A program made the position numbers and the translations under genes. From Octopus vulgaris (Eukaryota), in contig OX597837.1 in the NCBI GenBank assembly GCA_951406725.2, positions 23,560,001 through 23,624,000 of the forward strand: a stretch of DNA of 64,000 nt, given 5' to 3'. How positions within the stretch are numbered: position 1 is the stretch's first letter; each line of letters opens with the position of its first letter. Below, piece after piece: positions 1-12,230 of the stretch. The notes beneath the pieces were generated by a model. It searched no databases and was not told the origin of the DNA. It saw nothing but the letters and a program-made list of their open reading frames with translations.

Positions 1-134
1 GAATGTGGCTAGGGACAGGGCGGGGTGGTGGGGGTGTTACTGATGCATTTAGCCCCAGGCGATCATCGACGTCACCAGAAGGACCGACACCATCACGGTG
101 TCCTTGCTAGCCTGCCCTGTCCCTAGCCACATTC
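1..134. repeat. Fold-back with a 21-bp perfect inverted repeat, probably truncated by the window start
   Basis: GAATGTGGCTAGGGACAGGGC (1-21) is the reverse complement of GCCCTGTCCCTAGCCACATTC (114-134). There is an internal hairpin GACACC-atcac-GGTGTC. Confidence 0.75.
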
Positions 135-196
135 AGATGGCTGATCCCCCTTACGTTATAGAGCAGTTACTGTTTATATCTCACTCAGAGATTTAT

Positions 197-329
<133 letters not shown>

Positions 330-680
330 AGGGATAACCACTAAGTGGGCATCCATTATGCTAGAGGTAGACCCCATATGGTCTAACCACTAAGAAAAGA
401 TTGTTCTGAAGAAAATTCACCAATATATTTTGTATCTTTTCATTTTTCTTGTTCGCTTACGTTCTGGAATTTGCTGAATTTTCTTCAGAACAATCTTTTC
501 TTAGTGGTCAGACCATATGGGGTCTACCTCTAGCATAATGGATGTCCACTTAGTGGTCATCCCTTTTATATTTATGTAATATAATTTTTCTGAATCTTCA
601 GATTTTTCAATATGCTAGGCCACTGGTTTTAAATTGATATTAATCAAATTAATATTCCATTTTCCACCCTTATTATTTAA

Positions 681-684
<4 letters not shown>
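330..684. mobile_element. (TA)n-embedded element with a 90-bp inverted repeat, probable Penelope-like remnant
   Basis: Arms at 330-419 and 475-564 have 3 mismatches and enclose a 55-bp loop. (TA)n flanks both sides. The family assignment is inferred. Confidence 0.55.
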
Positions 685-736
<52 letters not shown>

Positions 737-890
737 GTGAGTGAAGAAATGAAAGAAAAGGGCACTCAACTCATTTAGTGGGGGTTACAGTTTGATCTAG
801 TTCCATGTAACTTACTTAAAATTTCACAAGCTTCTGTTAGAGGCTTGTGAAACTGTAAATTGCATGGAGCCAAATCAAATTTTTTAAATA

Positions 891-934
<44 letters not shown>

Positions 935-1004
935 ATGTGTGTGTGTGTGCATGTGTGTGTGTGTGTGCATGTGTGTGTGTGTATGTGTCTTTGTGTTTGT
1001 GCAT

Positions 1005-1257
1005 GACCCCACCACTGTTTGACAACTGGTGCTGGTTTGTTTATGTTTGACCACACCAGTTTGACGGCTGGTGTTGGTTTGTTTATGTTTGACCCCACCA
1101 GTTTGACAGCTGGTGTTGGTTTGTTTATGTTTGACCCCACCAGTTTGACGGCTGGTGTTGGTTTGTTTATGTTTGACCCCACCAGTTTAACAGCTGGTGT
1201 TGGTTTGTTTATGTTTGACCCCACCAGTTTGACAGCTGCTGTAGGTTTGTTTATGTT
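1005..1257 (+). repeat. 42-bp minisatellite (about 6 units) expanded from the 3' half of a family A SINE
   Basis: The unit is GACCCCACCAGTTTGACAGCTGGTGTTGGTTTGTTTATGTTT. It continues into the family A tail (gatagaataagta...gtgctccagcatgg...acaagtaaaa) to about 1405. Confidence 0.9.
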
Positions 1258-1819
1258 GCATGGAACTTAATAATTAGGCCAAAAGAAACTGATAGAATAA
1301 GTAGCAGGCTTTAAAAAAAAGTACTGGTGTTGATTTGTTTGACTAAAATTCTCCAAGACAGTGCTCCAGCATGGGCCGCAGTCTAATGACTAGAACAAGT
1401 AAAAACTAGAATATGGCAGCTTCCTTTCAATTTCCATCTACTAAATACACTCATAAATCTTTGTTCTACCCAAGGCTACAATGGACGACACTTGTCCAAA
1501 GAGCCACACTATGGAACTGAAGAACAAGTGTCTTCTATTATAGTCTTGGACATGAAAATTCAATTTATTAAGAAATTCCATTTGGTACGTGATAATAAGA
1601 TATGTCACTCAGTGCTTAACTATATGTTATTATGGCAGAGAGTGCCATTGGGAAATTTAATACTGCATCTCTCTTCGTCTGGCCTGTCATAGAAATCATC
1701 ATACACTGACTGATGATGTCATTCTCGTTAACTCCACAGACAAACAATAGACTGTAACTATCATTGCAATCATTGAACTCATTAGCATTGTTATATTAAC
1801 CATTCTTGTTTAGCATTCT

Positions 1820-1916
1820 CGTCATCATCATCGTCATCATCATCATCACAATGACCACCACCACTATCATCATCATCATCACCACCACCACCATCATCAT
1901 CATCACCACCACCACT

Positions 1917-1947
<31 letters not shown>

Positions 1948-2047
1948 CCACCATCATCATCATCATCGTCATCACCACCACCATCATCATCATCATCATC
2001 ACCACCACCACCACCACCACCATCATAATCACCATCCTCATCATCAT

Positions 2048-2088
<41 letters not shown>

Positions 2089-2385
2089 GCAGCACCACCA
2101 CCACCACCACCACCACCACCACCATCGTCATCATCATCATAGTTATCATCATTGTCATTGTAAGCATCACTGTCATCTTCATTGTCGTCATCATAATCAT
2201 CATCATCATCATCATCATCAGCACCATCTTCACTACCAAAGCCATCACCTCCACTGCTGCCACCACCACCACCATCACTTCTAAGACCATCATGGCTGCT
2301 ACCACTAACTCCGCTACCATCACAACCAGCATCACCTCATCCTCAACATTGGCGTCATCATAGTTGTTGTCACCATCATCATCTT
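1820..2385. repeat. Compound (CAT)n/(CAC)n/(CAG)n trinucleotide tract
   Basis: Directly visible. Similar tracts lie at 21440-21716, 25697-25830, 45445-45675, 46790-46940, 47180-48640 and 61866-62163. Confidence 0.95.
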
Positions 2386-2394
2386 TGATAATTG

Positions 2395-3150
2395 CTTCAA
2401 ATTATGGCACAATGCCAGCAATTTTTGTGGGATGGGGGTAAGTGTGTTGCATTCAACCCCAATACATGACTGGTACTCATTTTACCAGCCCTGAAAGGAT
2501 GAAATGCCGAGTAGGTCTTGGTGGAATTTGAACACAAAACATAAAGAGTTGGAAGAAATGTAACTAAACATTTTGTCCAACATGCTAACAATTCTGCCAG
2601 CGCACCACCCTTTCAATTCTAAGCATGAAGCCTGAAATTTATGGTGGAAAGGGGCTAATTGATTACATTGACCCCACTGATTAACTAGTTCTTATTTTAT
2701 CAATCCTGAAGGGATGAAAAGTAAAGTTAGCCTCAGCAGAATTTGAACTCAGAATGTAGAGAGCCAGAAGAAATTCTTCCAAGCATTTTGTTTGATCCTG
2801 CCATCTCTCTGTCGTGTCATCATCTACTATAATTATTCTGCTTGTCACTCCATTACTTAGCCCGTCCGTAACACCTCCACGTGATTAGCTGAAGGGAGGA
2901 GGGGAGGGGGGAGGAATAGAAGGGTGAGGTGTGGGGTAGTTGAAAGGAAGGTGAGGGATGGGGGAGGGGCTAGTTTATTACATCAACCCCAGTGCTCAAC
3001 TAGTACTTATTTTATTGACACCCACCCCAACTCCTCCAAAAGGATAAAAGGCAGAGTTGACCCTGGTGGAATTTGAACTCAGAACACATAAAGCCAGAAA
3101 AACTGCATCTAGTAATTTTGTTCAATATTCTCATGCTTCTGTCAGCTCGC
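2395..3150 (-). mobile_element. Three diverged family B SINE copies (tRNA-derived, Nin-like domain)
   Basis: Reverse complement of ttctgagttcaaattc...gcctttcatcctttc(a/g)ggg...aagtaccag at about 2395-2610, 2615-2800 and 2960-3150. Confidence 0.75.
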
Positions 3151-3544
3151 TACCAAATCATTATCTTTATTAATGATACCCTTTTCATTATCATCAATGT
3201 CAACAATAGTTCTCTCTCTCTCTCTTTTCCTTCTTCTCTACGCACCCCCACACACATCTGCACACTTGTGTACACATACACATGAATGTACATATACTGT
3301 ATGTATTATATATGACTATGAATATATCTGTGTACCTATGTGTGTATATGACTCTGTGTGTGTGTGTGTGTATGTGTGTGTGCATTTGTGATTAATTTCC
3401 TCATATTTCCTTTGATTTTTTTATTCAAAAGCAATGAATAGAAAAAAACAAGATCCATAAAGAACATTTAAAATCTACATTTTATGTGTGTGGATGCATT
3501 ATATAAATATATACATACATATATACAAGTGTATGTGTGTTTTT

Positions 3545-3765
3545 TCTTGTACTTGTTTCAGTCATTTGACTGCGGCCATGCTGGAGCACCGCCTTTTAGA
3601 GTGGTGAAAGAGTACAGCAGGGATCACCACCTCCTGCCGGAGCCTCGTGGAGCTTTTAGGTGTTTTTTTCGCTCAATAAACACACACAACGCCCGGTCTG
3701 GGAATTGAAACCACGATCCTCCGACCGCAAGTCCGCTGCCCTAACCACTTGGCCATTGCGCCTCC
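3545..3765 (-). mobile_element. Family D tRNA-derived SINE head fused to a family A-type 3' tail
   Basis: Minus-strand head GGAGGCGCAATGGCCAAGTGGTTAGGG with B-box GGTTTCAATTCCC, and tail AAAGGCGGTGCTCCAGCATGGCCGCAGTCAAATGACTGAAACAAG. Confidence 0.8.
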
Positions 3766-3810
<45 letters not shown>

Positions 3811-4056
3811 TTATTTATATATATAATTTGGTCATCACTAATTGTGACGGTATGTGCTACAAGCACATCTATTGCTAGAAATAAAAGTTAAACCATTTAT
3901 ACCTGTGTAATAGCACATTTATATATGCTGACAAGGGAGATAACTGCCCCATGACTGAAGCAAAGCTGGAACACTGAACTGCACAGTTTCATCCTAGTGG
4001 GAATCGTCAGTAGTATCTCTCCATTACTTCCATGGAACAACTAATCTCTTCTATCA

Positions 4057-4383
4057 TCTTTATATATGAAAGTGAAGTTGTGTGTCTGTCTCCTACGATT
4101 TAGATTCCTAACTACTCCCACATTTTGCGGTGCAGTTTAACCAAAACCGGGTATCTTATAGTCGTGATTCATATCGAGCCCTTCTGGGTATTTGCGCACG
4201 TCTACGATGAGTCTATGATTTTAAAAAAAATTTACCATCATTTTTTTCCATTTTAATGCATTTTTTTCGCTATTATATAAGGGAAGTAACTCTCTAAAAA
4301 TGTCTACGATAAGTCAACAATTTAAAAAAAAATTTACCATTATTTCCATTACAAACCCGAGCAACGCTGGGCGATACTGCTAG
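4057..4383 (+). mobile_element. Non-autonomous Helitron
   Basis: A|TC 5' end (TCTTTATATAT), subterminal hairpin CCCGAGCAACGCTGGG at 4356-4371, CTAG|T 3' end, and no TSD. Confidence 0.85.
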
Positions 4384-4486
4384 TTATATATATATTTGCC
4401 ATATGTATTAATGATTTCGTGAAATGCCAAATTGTATAGTGTAAAATTAATGTAGGCAGCTGGGCGCAATATAAATGGTGAGGCAG

Positions 4487-5146
4487 TTATCTATTTGTCA
4501 AGGTTTGTAGGACATCTTTGTCGAGCTCTAAATATCTTTCATGATGAGACTCATCTTCTAGGCTGTAGTTTCCGGCTTGAAATTTCTGGAACCACTGTTG
4601 ACACTGTCTTACGCTTATTGTCCAATCCCCACATACTGCTTTAATATTCCTCACGCTTTCCATTCCGTTGTTGCCTTTATCGAATTCATAAACCAAAATA
4701 TGCCAAATATGCTCTTTTGTCACTTCCATTATAGCTTTGAAAACATAACTGTTAAAATCAAACTGCACTCTTCAAAACTTGCACTAAGAATAAGTACAAG
4801 GTAAAATTACTACCTGCTTTTATAGCAAGTTGATGCTGGTAGTTTATCCCGTCCCCCTCTGGCTTTTAGTTCATGCAACCGAAAAACCACATTATTTATG
4901 GGATGTGAGCTGGCAGAAACGTTAGCATGCCTGGCGAAATGCTTAGCAGTATTTCATCTGCAGTTATGTTCTGAGTTCAAATTCCGCTGAGGTCAACTTT
5001 GCTTTTCATCCTTTTGGGGTCGATAAATTAAGTACCAGTTACACACTGGGGTCTATGTAATCGACTTAATCCCTTTGTCTGTCCTTGTTTGTCCCCTCTA
5101 CATTTAGCTCCTTGTGGGCAATAAAGAAATAAGGGATGACCCAATA
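4487..5146 (-). mobile_element. Truncated mariner element with an N-terminal HTH transposase remnant; its TIR is split by a SINE
   Basis: Translation MEVTKEHIWHILVYEFDKGNN...ISVRQCQQWFQKFQAGNYSLEDE is typical of a mariner HTH. The TIR TATTGGGTCATCCCATAAATAATG is rebuilt from 5133-5146 plus 4890-4905. Confidence 0.85.
4906..5132 (+). mobile_element. Family B SINE inserted in the mariner TIR
   Basis: Runs from head GAGCTGGCAGAAACGTTAGC to tail AATAAAGAAATAA. The TSD GGGATG is at 4900-4905 and 5133-5138. Confidence 0.88.
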
Positions 5147-5258
5147 CACACACACACACGTGTAAGTGTATATACACACATATATAAAATCTACAGTTCC
5201 ATTATAGGTACAATCAATACAAAAAGTACTCCATCCACTGACATATAAATATCAATTT

Positions 5259-5627
5259 AAATACACAACCGAAAGAGCTAGTAAGAGTTTCTTGTTATTA
5301 CGATACTTGAAAAGGCATATTTTGACACATTTTTTGTTATTTTGTTCTAAACCAGTTGTATTTAATGAGCTTTCTACAATCAGGGACAACAAGGATCTTA
5401 GCTTTCTTGATTTCGTTTCCTTTTATTCATTCCATTTTTTGCATCAACCTTCTTCACATTTTGTTTTTCTATGTTGTTTTCTTATTTTCTTACTGCATGA
5501 CCTCCTTCTTTTTTATATATATATAATGCATAAAGAGAGCTTGAAAGATTGCTTTAAGATACATGGTGTATTTTATAAAGTATCATAATAACATGAAACT
5601 ATTAGTAGCTCTTTTGGTTGTGTATTT
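5259..5627. mobile_element. Penelope-like remnant with an approximately 50-bp imperfect inverted repeat and a degenerate hammerhead motif
   Basis: Arms at 5259-5308 and 5578-5627. The motif GAGC-TTGAAAGA...GAAA-CTATTAG-TA-GCTC lies at 5537-5611, abutting (TA)n. Confidence 0.5.
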
Positions 5628-5630
5628 GAT

Positions 5631-5661
<31 letters not shown>

Positions 5662-5702
5662 ATATATATATATATATATATGTATTTATATATATATGTA
5701 TT

Positions 5703-5753
<51 letters not shown>

Positions 5754-5770
5754 TTATATATATATATATG

Positions 5771-5829
<59 letters not shown>

Positions 5830-5957
5830 ATATACATATATATACATATATATACATATATATATATATATGTGTGTGTGTGTATATATATATATGTATA
5901 TATATATGTATGTGTATATATATATGTATATATATGTATATATAGATAGATACATAC

Positions 5958-5996
<39 letters not shown>

Positions 5997-6859
5997 AACT
6001 GTCTCTTCTCACACAAGCATAGACACTTGTAACCATACACAAGCACACATACGTATTACATATTTCTTTTTTATTGATGAATTGGTTTTGTAAATGTTGA
6101 AATATAATTAATTTCTGATAATTAAGAATGACAAATGAAGTTAGACATTATTAAAAGTTTAGTCGCTCCTGAGCATCACTTTGACTTGAACCACCACTTC
6201 CACCACTGCCACCAAAAACGTGTGTGTGTATGTGTGTGTGTGGTGAGTGTATGTGCATGTGTGTGTTTGTGTGGTGAATGTATATGCATGTGTGTGTGTG
6301 TGTGTGTGTGTGTGTCTGCCTATATGTGTGTGTCTTTGAATATGCATCTGTATCTGTGTGTTTGTGTGTATATATGTGTGTATGTACATCTATATGTGTA
6401 TGTATGTGTGTTTATGCATATGTGGCTATATATATATATATATATATATATGCATGTGTGTCTGTGCATGTGTGTCTCTTTGATTGTGAGTGTGTGTGTA
6501 TCTCTGCTTGGCTCTGTATGTATATTACATACAGTGTGAGGGCAGTGAACTGACAAAATCGTTACCAGTCAAAATACTTAGCAGCATTTCTTCTGACACT
6601 TTACATCCTGAGTTCAAATTCCATGCTGAGGTTAACTTTGCCTTTCACCCCTTCAGGGTCAATAAAACAAGTACCAGTTGAGCACTGGGGTTGATGTAAT
6701 TGACTAGTACCTCTGCCCACAAAATTTAAGGTCTTCAGCCTACTGTGGAAAGGTTATCACATGCAGATTGTTTAAGGAATTCACTTCAAAACAACGATGT
6801 CTCTGGTTTGATACCCTCATGTGGCCCCTCAGGTAGATTGACCCAAGATTTGTGAGTGA

Positions 6860-7121
6860 TATCATCTTCATCATCATCATCATCGTTTAACGTCTGCTTT
6901 CCATGCTAGCATGGGTTAGACGATTTGACTGAGGGCTGGCGAACCAGATGGCTGCACCAGGCTCCAATCTTGATCTGGCAGAGTTTCTACAGTTGGATGT
7001 CCTTCCTAATGCCAACCACTCCGAGAGTGTAGTGGGTGCTTTTACGTGCCACCAGTATGGGGGCTAGTTAGGTGGTACTGGCAATGACCTCGCTTGAATG
7101 TTTTTACACGTGTCACCGGCA
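6860..7121 (-). mobile_element. 5'-truncated family C SINE ((GAT)n tail) between two copies of an approximately 252-bp direct repeat
   Basis: catcatcatcgtttaacgtc...cttcctaatgccaaccactc. The repeats are 6607-6859 and 7122-7373. Confidence 0.85.
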
Positions 7122-7424
7122 CCTGAATTCAAATTCCATGCTGAGGTTAACTTTGCCTTTCATCCCTTCAAAGTAAATAAAACAAGTACCAGTTGAGCAC
7201 TGGGGTTGATGTAATTGACTAGTACCTCCACCCACAAAAATCAGGTCTTCAGCCTACTGTAGAAAGATTATCACATATAGCTTGTTTAAGGAATTCACTT
7301 CAAAACAACGTTGTCTCTGGTTTGATACCCTCATGTGGCCTCTCAGGTAGACTGACCCAAGATTTGTGAGTGAAATTGTTTATATAGAAACTGCATAGAA
7401 GCTCATTAGATGAACTCTGTGTTC

Positions 7425-8030
7425 TTGGCAAGCGCAAGTGAGACCATAACCTTGTGGCCTATGCCAGGGGTGTAACCAGTCCACTTATGCGTGCCTTTCC
7501 TTTATTGGACACTAAACTCTGCCTGCGAAGACTTGTTGAGGCAAGTGAAATCGAAATTGAAATCAAATTCAATGACTGGCATCCATGCTAGTGGAGTGCT
7601 AAGAGTACCATACGAGTGAGATCGTTGACAGAGCAACAAGCTGGCCTCTGTGCCGATGGCACATTAAGAACACCATTCGAGCATGATTGTTACCCGCGTC
7701 ACCTTACTGGCACTTGTGCTGGTGGCACGTGAAAAAACATTCGATCAAGGTCGTTGCCAGTGCCGCTGGACTGGCTCCTGTGCAGGTGGCACATAAAAAG
7801 CACCATTTGAGCGTGGCCGTTGCCAGTACCCCCTGAGTGACCCTTGTGCTGGTGGCACATAAAAGCACCCACTACACTCTCGGAGTGTTTGACATTAGGA
7901 AGGGCATCCAGCTGTAGAAACTCTGCCAGATCAGATTGGAGTCTGGTGCAGCCATCCGGTTTGCCAGACCTCAGTCAAATCGTCCAACCCATGAAAGCGG
8001 ATGTTAAACAATGATGATGATGATGATGAT
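7425..8030 (+). mobile_element. Long family C SINE with an internal approximately 65-bp tandem array
   Basis: Units GTGCNGGTGGCAC..AAAAGCACC at 7649, 7715, 7779 and 7845, followed by the AGGAAGGGCATCCAGCTGTAGAAA block and a (GAT)n tail. Confidence 0.88.
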
Positions 8031-8066
8031 TGTTTAACTTTCAATAGACAGGTAATTATCACTTAA

Positions 8067-8487
8067 TTAACCTCTTAACACTCAGATTACTCTGTGAATT
8101 GTAAAGCTTATTTATTCACATTGTTTTCAATTAATCATGCATTATCTTGTAGCTTCAAGATTTTGCTGATGTGATTGTTTATTGGCTTCAAATTTTGGCA
8201 CAAAGCCAGTGATTCCAGGGGGAGGGGTTCAGTCAAATACATCAACCTCAGTGTTCAACAGGTAATTTATTCTATTGACCCTGAAAGGATGAAAGGCAAA
8301 GTCAACCTTGGCAGAATTTGAACTCAGAACATAAAGATAGGCATCATACTGCTAAGCATTTGCCTGTTGTGCTGGCAATTCTGCCATCTCACTGCATTAT
8401 GATGTCATTGTTTATTATTAAAATGATATTGTAGGGTAGGTGTGAGGAACCAGATCTGGCTGTTTTGAGTGAAATATGAATGGTTTA
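8067..8487. mobile_element. Degraded piggyBac-like MITE interrupted by a minus-strand family B SINE
   Basis: Homologous to 9281-10194. The SINE (about 8183-8400) is flanked by a 16-bp TSD, GATGTGATTGTTTATT / GATGTCATTGTTTATT. Confidence 0.65.
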
Positions 8488-8641
8488 ATTAACAGTCAAA
8501 CATGCCTGTGTGGATTGTTTTCAAGTATTTTTGGTTTTTCTGGGAGTCCCTTTTTAAAGTAGAAGAAATAGCTAACGTTTTTTGGCTGCTATTTCTAAAC
8601 TTCGGTATGTGGTAAAGCAAATCTTTGCTGAACCCTAATTA

Positions 8642-8816
8642 TTAATGAAAATGTTTCAGGAACTCTGAAATTTGTACGAAAGTTAGTCTACCAGTTAGAA
8701 GAAAAAAACCCTGCGAGGCACCTTGGGCAAGTGTCTTCTACTTTAGCCTCGGGCCGACTAAAGCCTTGTGAATGGATTTGGTAGACGGAAACTGAAAGAA
8801 GCCCATCGTATATACC

Positions 8817-8851
<35 letters not shown>

Positions 8852-9000
8852 TTCCATCTACCAAATCCACTCACAAGGCTTTAGTCGGCCCGAGGCTAAA
8901 GTAGAAGACACTTGCCCAAGGTGCCACGCAGGGTTTTTTTCTTCTAACTGGTAGACTAACTTTCGTACAAATTTCAGAGTTCCTGAAACATTTTCATTAA
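8642..9000. repeat. 150-bp near-perfect inverted duplication of unique DNA plus a SINE A fragment
   Basis: Arms at 8642-8791 and 8851-9000 with 3 mismatches seen, around an approximately 59-bp TA-rich spacer. Confidence 0.95.
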
Positions 9001-9280
9001 AAAAGAGTATTACGTTGTCATGGAAACTTTGAATCCTATAGCAGACTTTCCTCAGTAGCAAAAGGAAAAAATGCATTTGAAGGCATTCTTTTCCAATATA
9101 ATCCTATCTGATCTAGTTTGGAAATAAAATCTTCAGGCATGACTGTGTGGTAACAACTTTGCTTCCCAACCAGATGGTTCTGGGTTCAATCCCACAGCAT
9201 GGCACCTTGAGCAACTGTACTACATTCAAAGACAGTCTGAAGCAACTTAGCACCATCTGGCTAGATGCAGTCAACTATGC

Positions 9281-10194
9281 TCAACCCTTTAGCATTCAGA
9301 TTATTCAGTCAAACATAGTGCTTACTTGCTCACACTGTTTTGAATTGAGTGGCTGTGTGGTAAGTAGCTTGCTTACTAACCACATGGTTCCAGGTTCAGT
9401 CCCACTGTGTGGCACCTTGGGCAAGTGTCTTCTACTATAGCCTCAGGCTGACCAAATCCTTGTGAGTGGATTTGGTAGACGGAAACTGAAAGAAGCCCGT
9501 CATATAAATGTATATGTATATATATGCGTGTGTCTGTGTTTGTCCCACCAACATTGCTTGACAACCGCTGCTGGTTATGGGGACAACTGATGTCCCCATA
9601 ACTTAGCGGTTTGGCAAAACAGACTGATAGAATAAGTACTAGGCTTACAAAGAATAAGTCTTGGGGTCGATCTGCACGACTAAAGGCGGTGCTTCAGCAT
9701 GGCCACAGTCAAATGACTGAAACAAGTTAAAGAGTAAAAGAGTAATCAAACATTATCTCAAAGCTTTGAGAATTCGATGACGATGATGATGATGATTATC
9801 ATTGTTTAACATCTGCCTTCCATCCTGACATGGGTTGAACAGTTTAACAGGAATGGGCCAGGCAGGAGCCTGCACCAGACTTCTGTGTCTGGTTTGGCAT
9901 GGTTTTTACAGCTGGATACTCTTCCTAACACCAACAACCCAGCAGAGTGGACAGAGTGCTTCTTAAGTAGCACAAGCACAGGTGTGGTCAGTTTTAGCAT
10001 GGTTTTTACAACTGGATGTCCTTCCAAATGCCAACCACTTTACCGTGTGGACTGGTTGCTTTTTCTGTGGCACATTATTTATTTTTAGAATGATATTGTG
10101 GGGTAGGTGTGAGAGGCCAGATCGGGCCAGTTTGAACATAAAACAGGTAGAATATTTGGGCTTAATAACACCAGTTTAAATGTGAAAGGGTTAA
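9281..10194. mobile_element. piggyBac-like MITE carrying nested family A (9347-9744) and family C (about 9790-10075) SINEs
   Basis: Ends are TCAA|CCCTTTAGCATT and AATGTGAAAGGG|TTAA. The body matches the 8067 copy once the inserts are removed. Confidence 0.7.
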
Positions 10195-10649
10195 AACCGA
10201 GATAACTGAAAAATGCCTTGTTGCCCAATGCACGGGCCAGCCCTGAGGGAGGAACTAAGACAAAGACTAGGGCAGCCTATCTTGGATTACATCATCTAAT
10301 GCGTCCTTGCTTTTTAAGACCAAATGGTGAGATTTGAAGAGAGTGATTTGGCTGTTATTTCTAGCAAGGTTCAGTGAGTATATAAAGCTTATGTCCCTCT
10401 TCATCTCACAGAGTTCTTAGTTTAGAATTTAGTTGGGAAAGTGCTATGATCCATGTCCAGATATAACAACTGAGTAATTTTTACATTAGAAACTTCTCTT
10501 TGATGGTTTTGTTTATGAAATGAAATAAAGAAGCGAGGACAAAGATAAAAACTTAAATAAATATTTCATCTAAATTATTGATCACTGATTTCTCACAAAA
10601 GACTCTTGATGTCTCTTATTGATTTCCCCCATCATCCACCCTCATCCAA

Positions 10650-11170
10650 ACCTCCCTCTCTCTCTCTCCCTTATTTCCTCTCTCACTCTCTTACTCTCTC
10701 TCTCTTTTACTTCCTCTCTCACTCTCTTTCTCTCTCTCCCTTACTTCCTCTCTCACTCTCTTACTCTCTCTCTCTTTTACTTCCTCTCTCACTCTCTTAC
10801 TCTCTCTTTCTCCCTTACTTCCTCTCTCACTCTCTTACTTTCTCTCTCTCTCCTTTACTTCTTCTCTCACTCTCATACTTTCTCTCTCTCTCATGCTCTC
10901 TCCCTTACTTCCTTTCTCACTCTCTTACACTCTCTCCTTTACTTTTTCTCTCACTCTCTTTCTCTCTCTCTTTCTCTCACACACACACACTCTCTTTCTC
11001 TCTTTCTTTCCCCTTCTCTTTCTTACTTTCCCGCTCTCCCTTACTTCCACTCTCTCTCTCGCTTTATTTCTCTTACTTTCTCTCTCTCTCTCTCTTACTC
11101 AACTTCTCTCATACTCACTCTCTCTCATACTTACTCTCTCTCTCTTTCCCTCTCTCTTTCTCTCTCTCAC
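10650..11170. repeat. CT-rich polypyrimidine tract with a degenerate TTACTTCCTCTCTCACTCTC unit
   Basis: Directly visible. Confidence 0.9.
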
Positions 11171-11440
11171 ATGAGATTATCATTGGTATCCAAAGAAACA
11201 AACTGAATCTCTAAAGCACTCTTTCGGTCCTACCAAATCTCTTTCCCCTGCCCCTCCCCCATACATGCACATACCTTTATATGGGCCTGATATTAATAAA
11301 GTGAGTATTTTAATAACGTAGATCAATAGATAAAACTGGATGCTGACAGCAGTGACGAGAGTAGTGATGATGATGATGGTAGGGATTCTAGATTAACCCC
11401 TTCACAGGTATACATGGTTAAGGTATACAAACATATGTAG

Positions 11441-12020
11441 GAGTGGGAGTGGCTGTGTGGTAAGTAGCTTGCTTACCAACCACATGGTTCCAGGTTCAGT
11501 CCCATTGCGTGGCACCTTGGGCAAGTGTCTTCTACTATAGCCATGGGCCGACCAAAGCCTTGTGAGTGGATTTGTTAGACGGAAACTGAAAGAAGCCCAT
11601 TGGATCGTAGGGTGACCTGCTGTGCTTGAGGAGACCTATTGAGTCAAGTACATCAACATCAAAATAAAATCAAATGGAAATTGTAGTTGTGATACCTGTG
11701 CCAGTGGCACGTAAAAAATGCCATCTGAATGTGGCCGATGCCAGCGCCATCTTGACTGGTTTCTGTGCCGGTGGCACATAAAAAGCACCAACTGATCGTG
11801 ACCGTTGCCAGCCTGTTCTGTCCCCTGTGCTGGTGGCACATAAAAAGCACCCACTACACTCTCGAAGTGGTTGGCATTAGGAAGAGCATCCAGCTGTAGA
11901 AAAACTGGCAGATCAGACTGGAGCCTGGTGCAGCCTCCTGGCTTCCCAGACCACGGTCGAACCATCCAACCCATGCTAGCATGGAAAACGGACGTTAAAC
12001 GATGATGAGGATGATGATGA
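11441..12020 (+). mobile_element. Family A head followed by a family C SINE with 3 array units
   Basis: gagtggctgtgtggtaagtagc...gaaagaagccc to about 11600, then units near 11697, 11764 and 11826, and a (GAT)n tail. Confidence 0.8.
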
Positions 12021-12021
12021 C

Positions 12022-12230
12022 ATGACAGAGTTGACCAATGCATACAATGTGCCAAAGTCTCGGTGCTGAACTCTGAAGCTGAAAGTAATGACATTACCAT
12101 CCTTTGGGACTTTACAGTACATATATAGTGATTGTACAGCTAACGTCAACTGCCCAGATGTTATTGCTAAAGGCTCCAAAAACAAGAACCCTCTGCTTTG
12201 TATCTGCCAAAATGTACCTGTCAAGGAATA
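12022..12230 (+). pseudogene. Degraded R4/Dong-clade LINE restriction-like endonuclease fragment
   Basis: The plus frame reads ESNDITILWDFTVH, then after a frameshift ANVNCPDVIAKGSKNKNPLL. This matches the ILWDF..ANRPDI..KDK motif of RLE domains. Confidence 0.65.

Noticed and set aside
775-1270. ORF with a GSNINKPTPAVKLV repeat
   Set aside because: It is a 42-bp minisatellite derived from a SINE body.
2890-2970. G-rich potential G-quadruplex
   Set aside because: It is an irregular purine-rich low-complexity stretch at a SINE tail, with nothing to indicate function.
7640-7870. CRISPR-like look of the family C array (palindromic repeat plus spacers)
   Set aside because: The spacers are homologous to each other and shared between dispersed copies. 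The context is eukaryotic, with no cas genes or leader.
11976-12224. Possible minus-strand host exon after ttccttgacag, with weak PNO1-like wording in one frame
   Set aside because: The plus strand gives a better match to an R4/Dong endonuclease (ILWDF...PDV), and that minus frame hits a stop.
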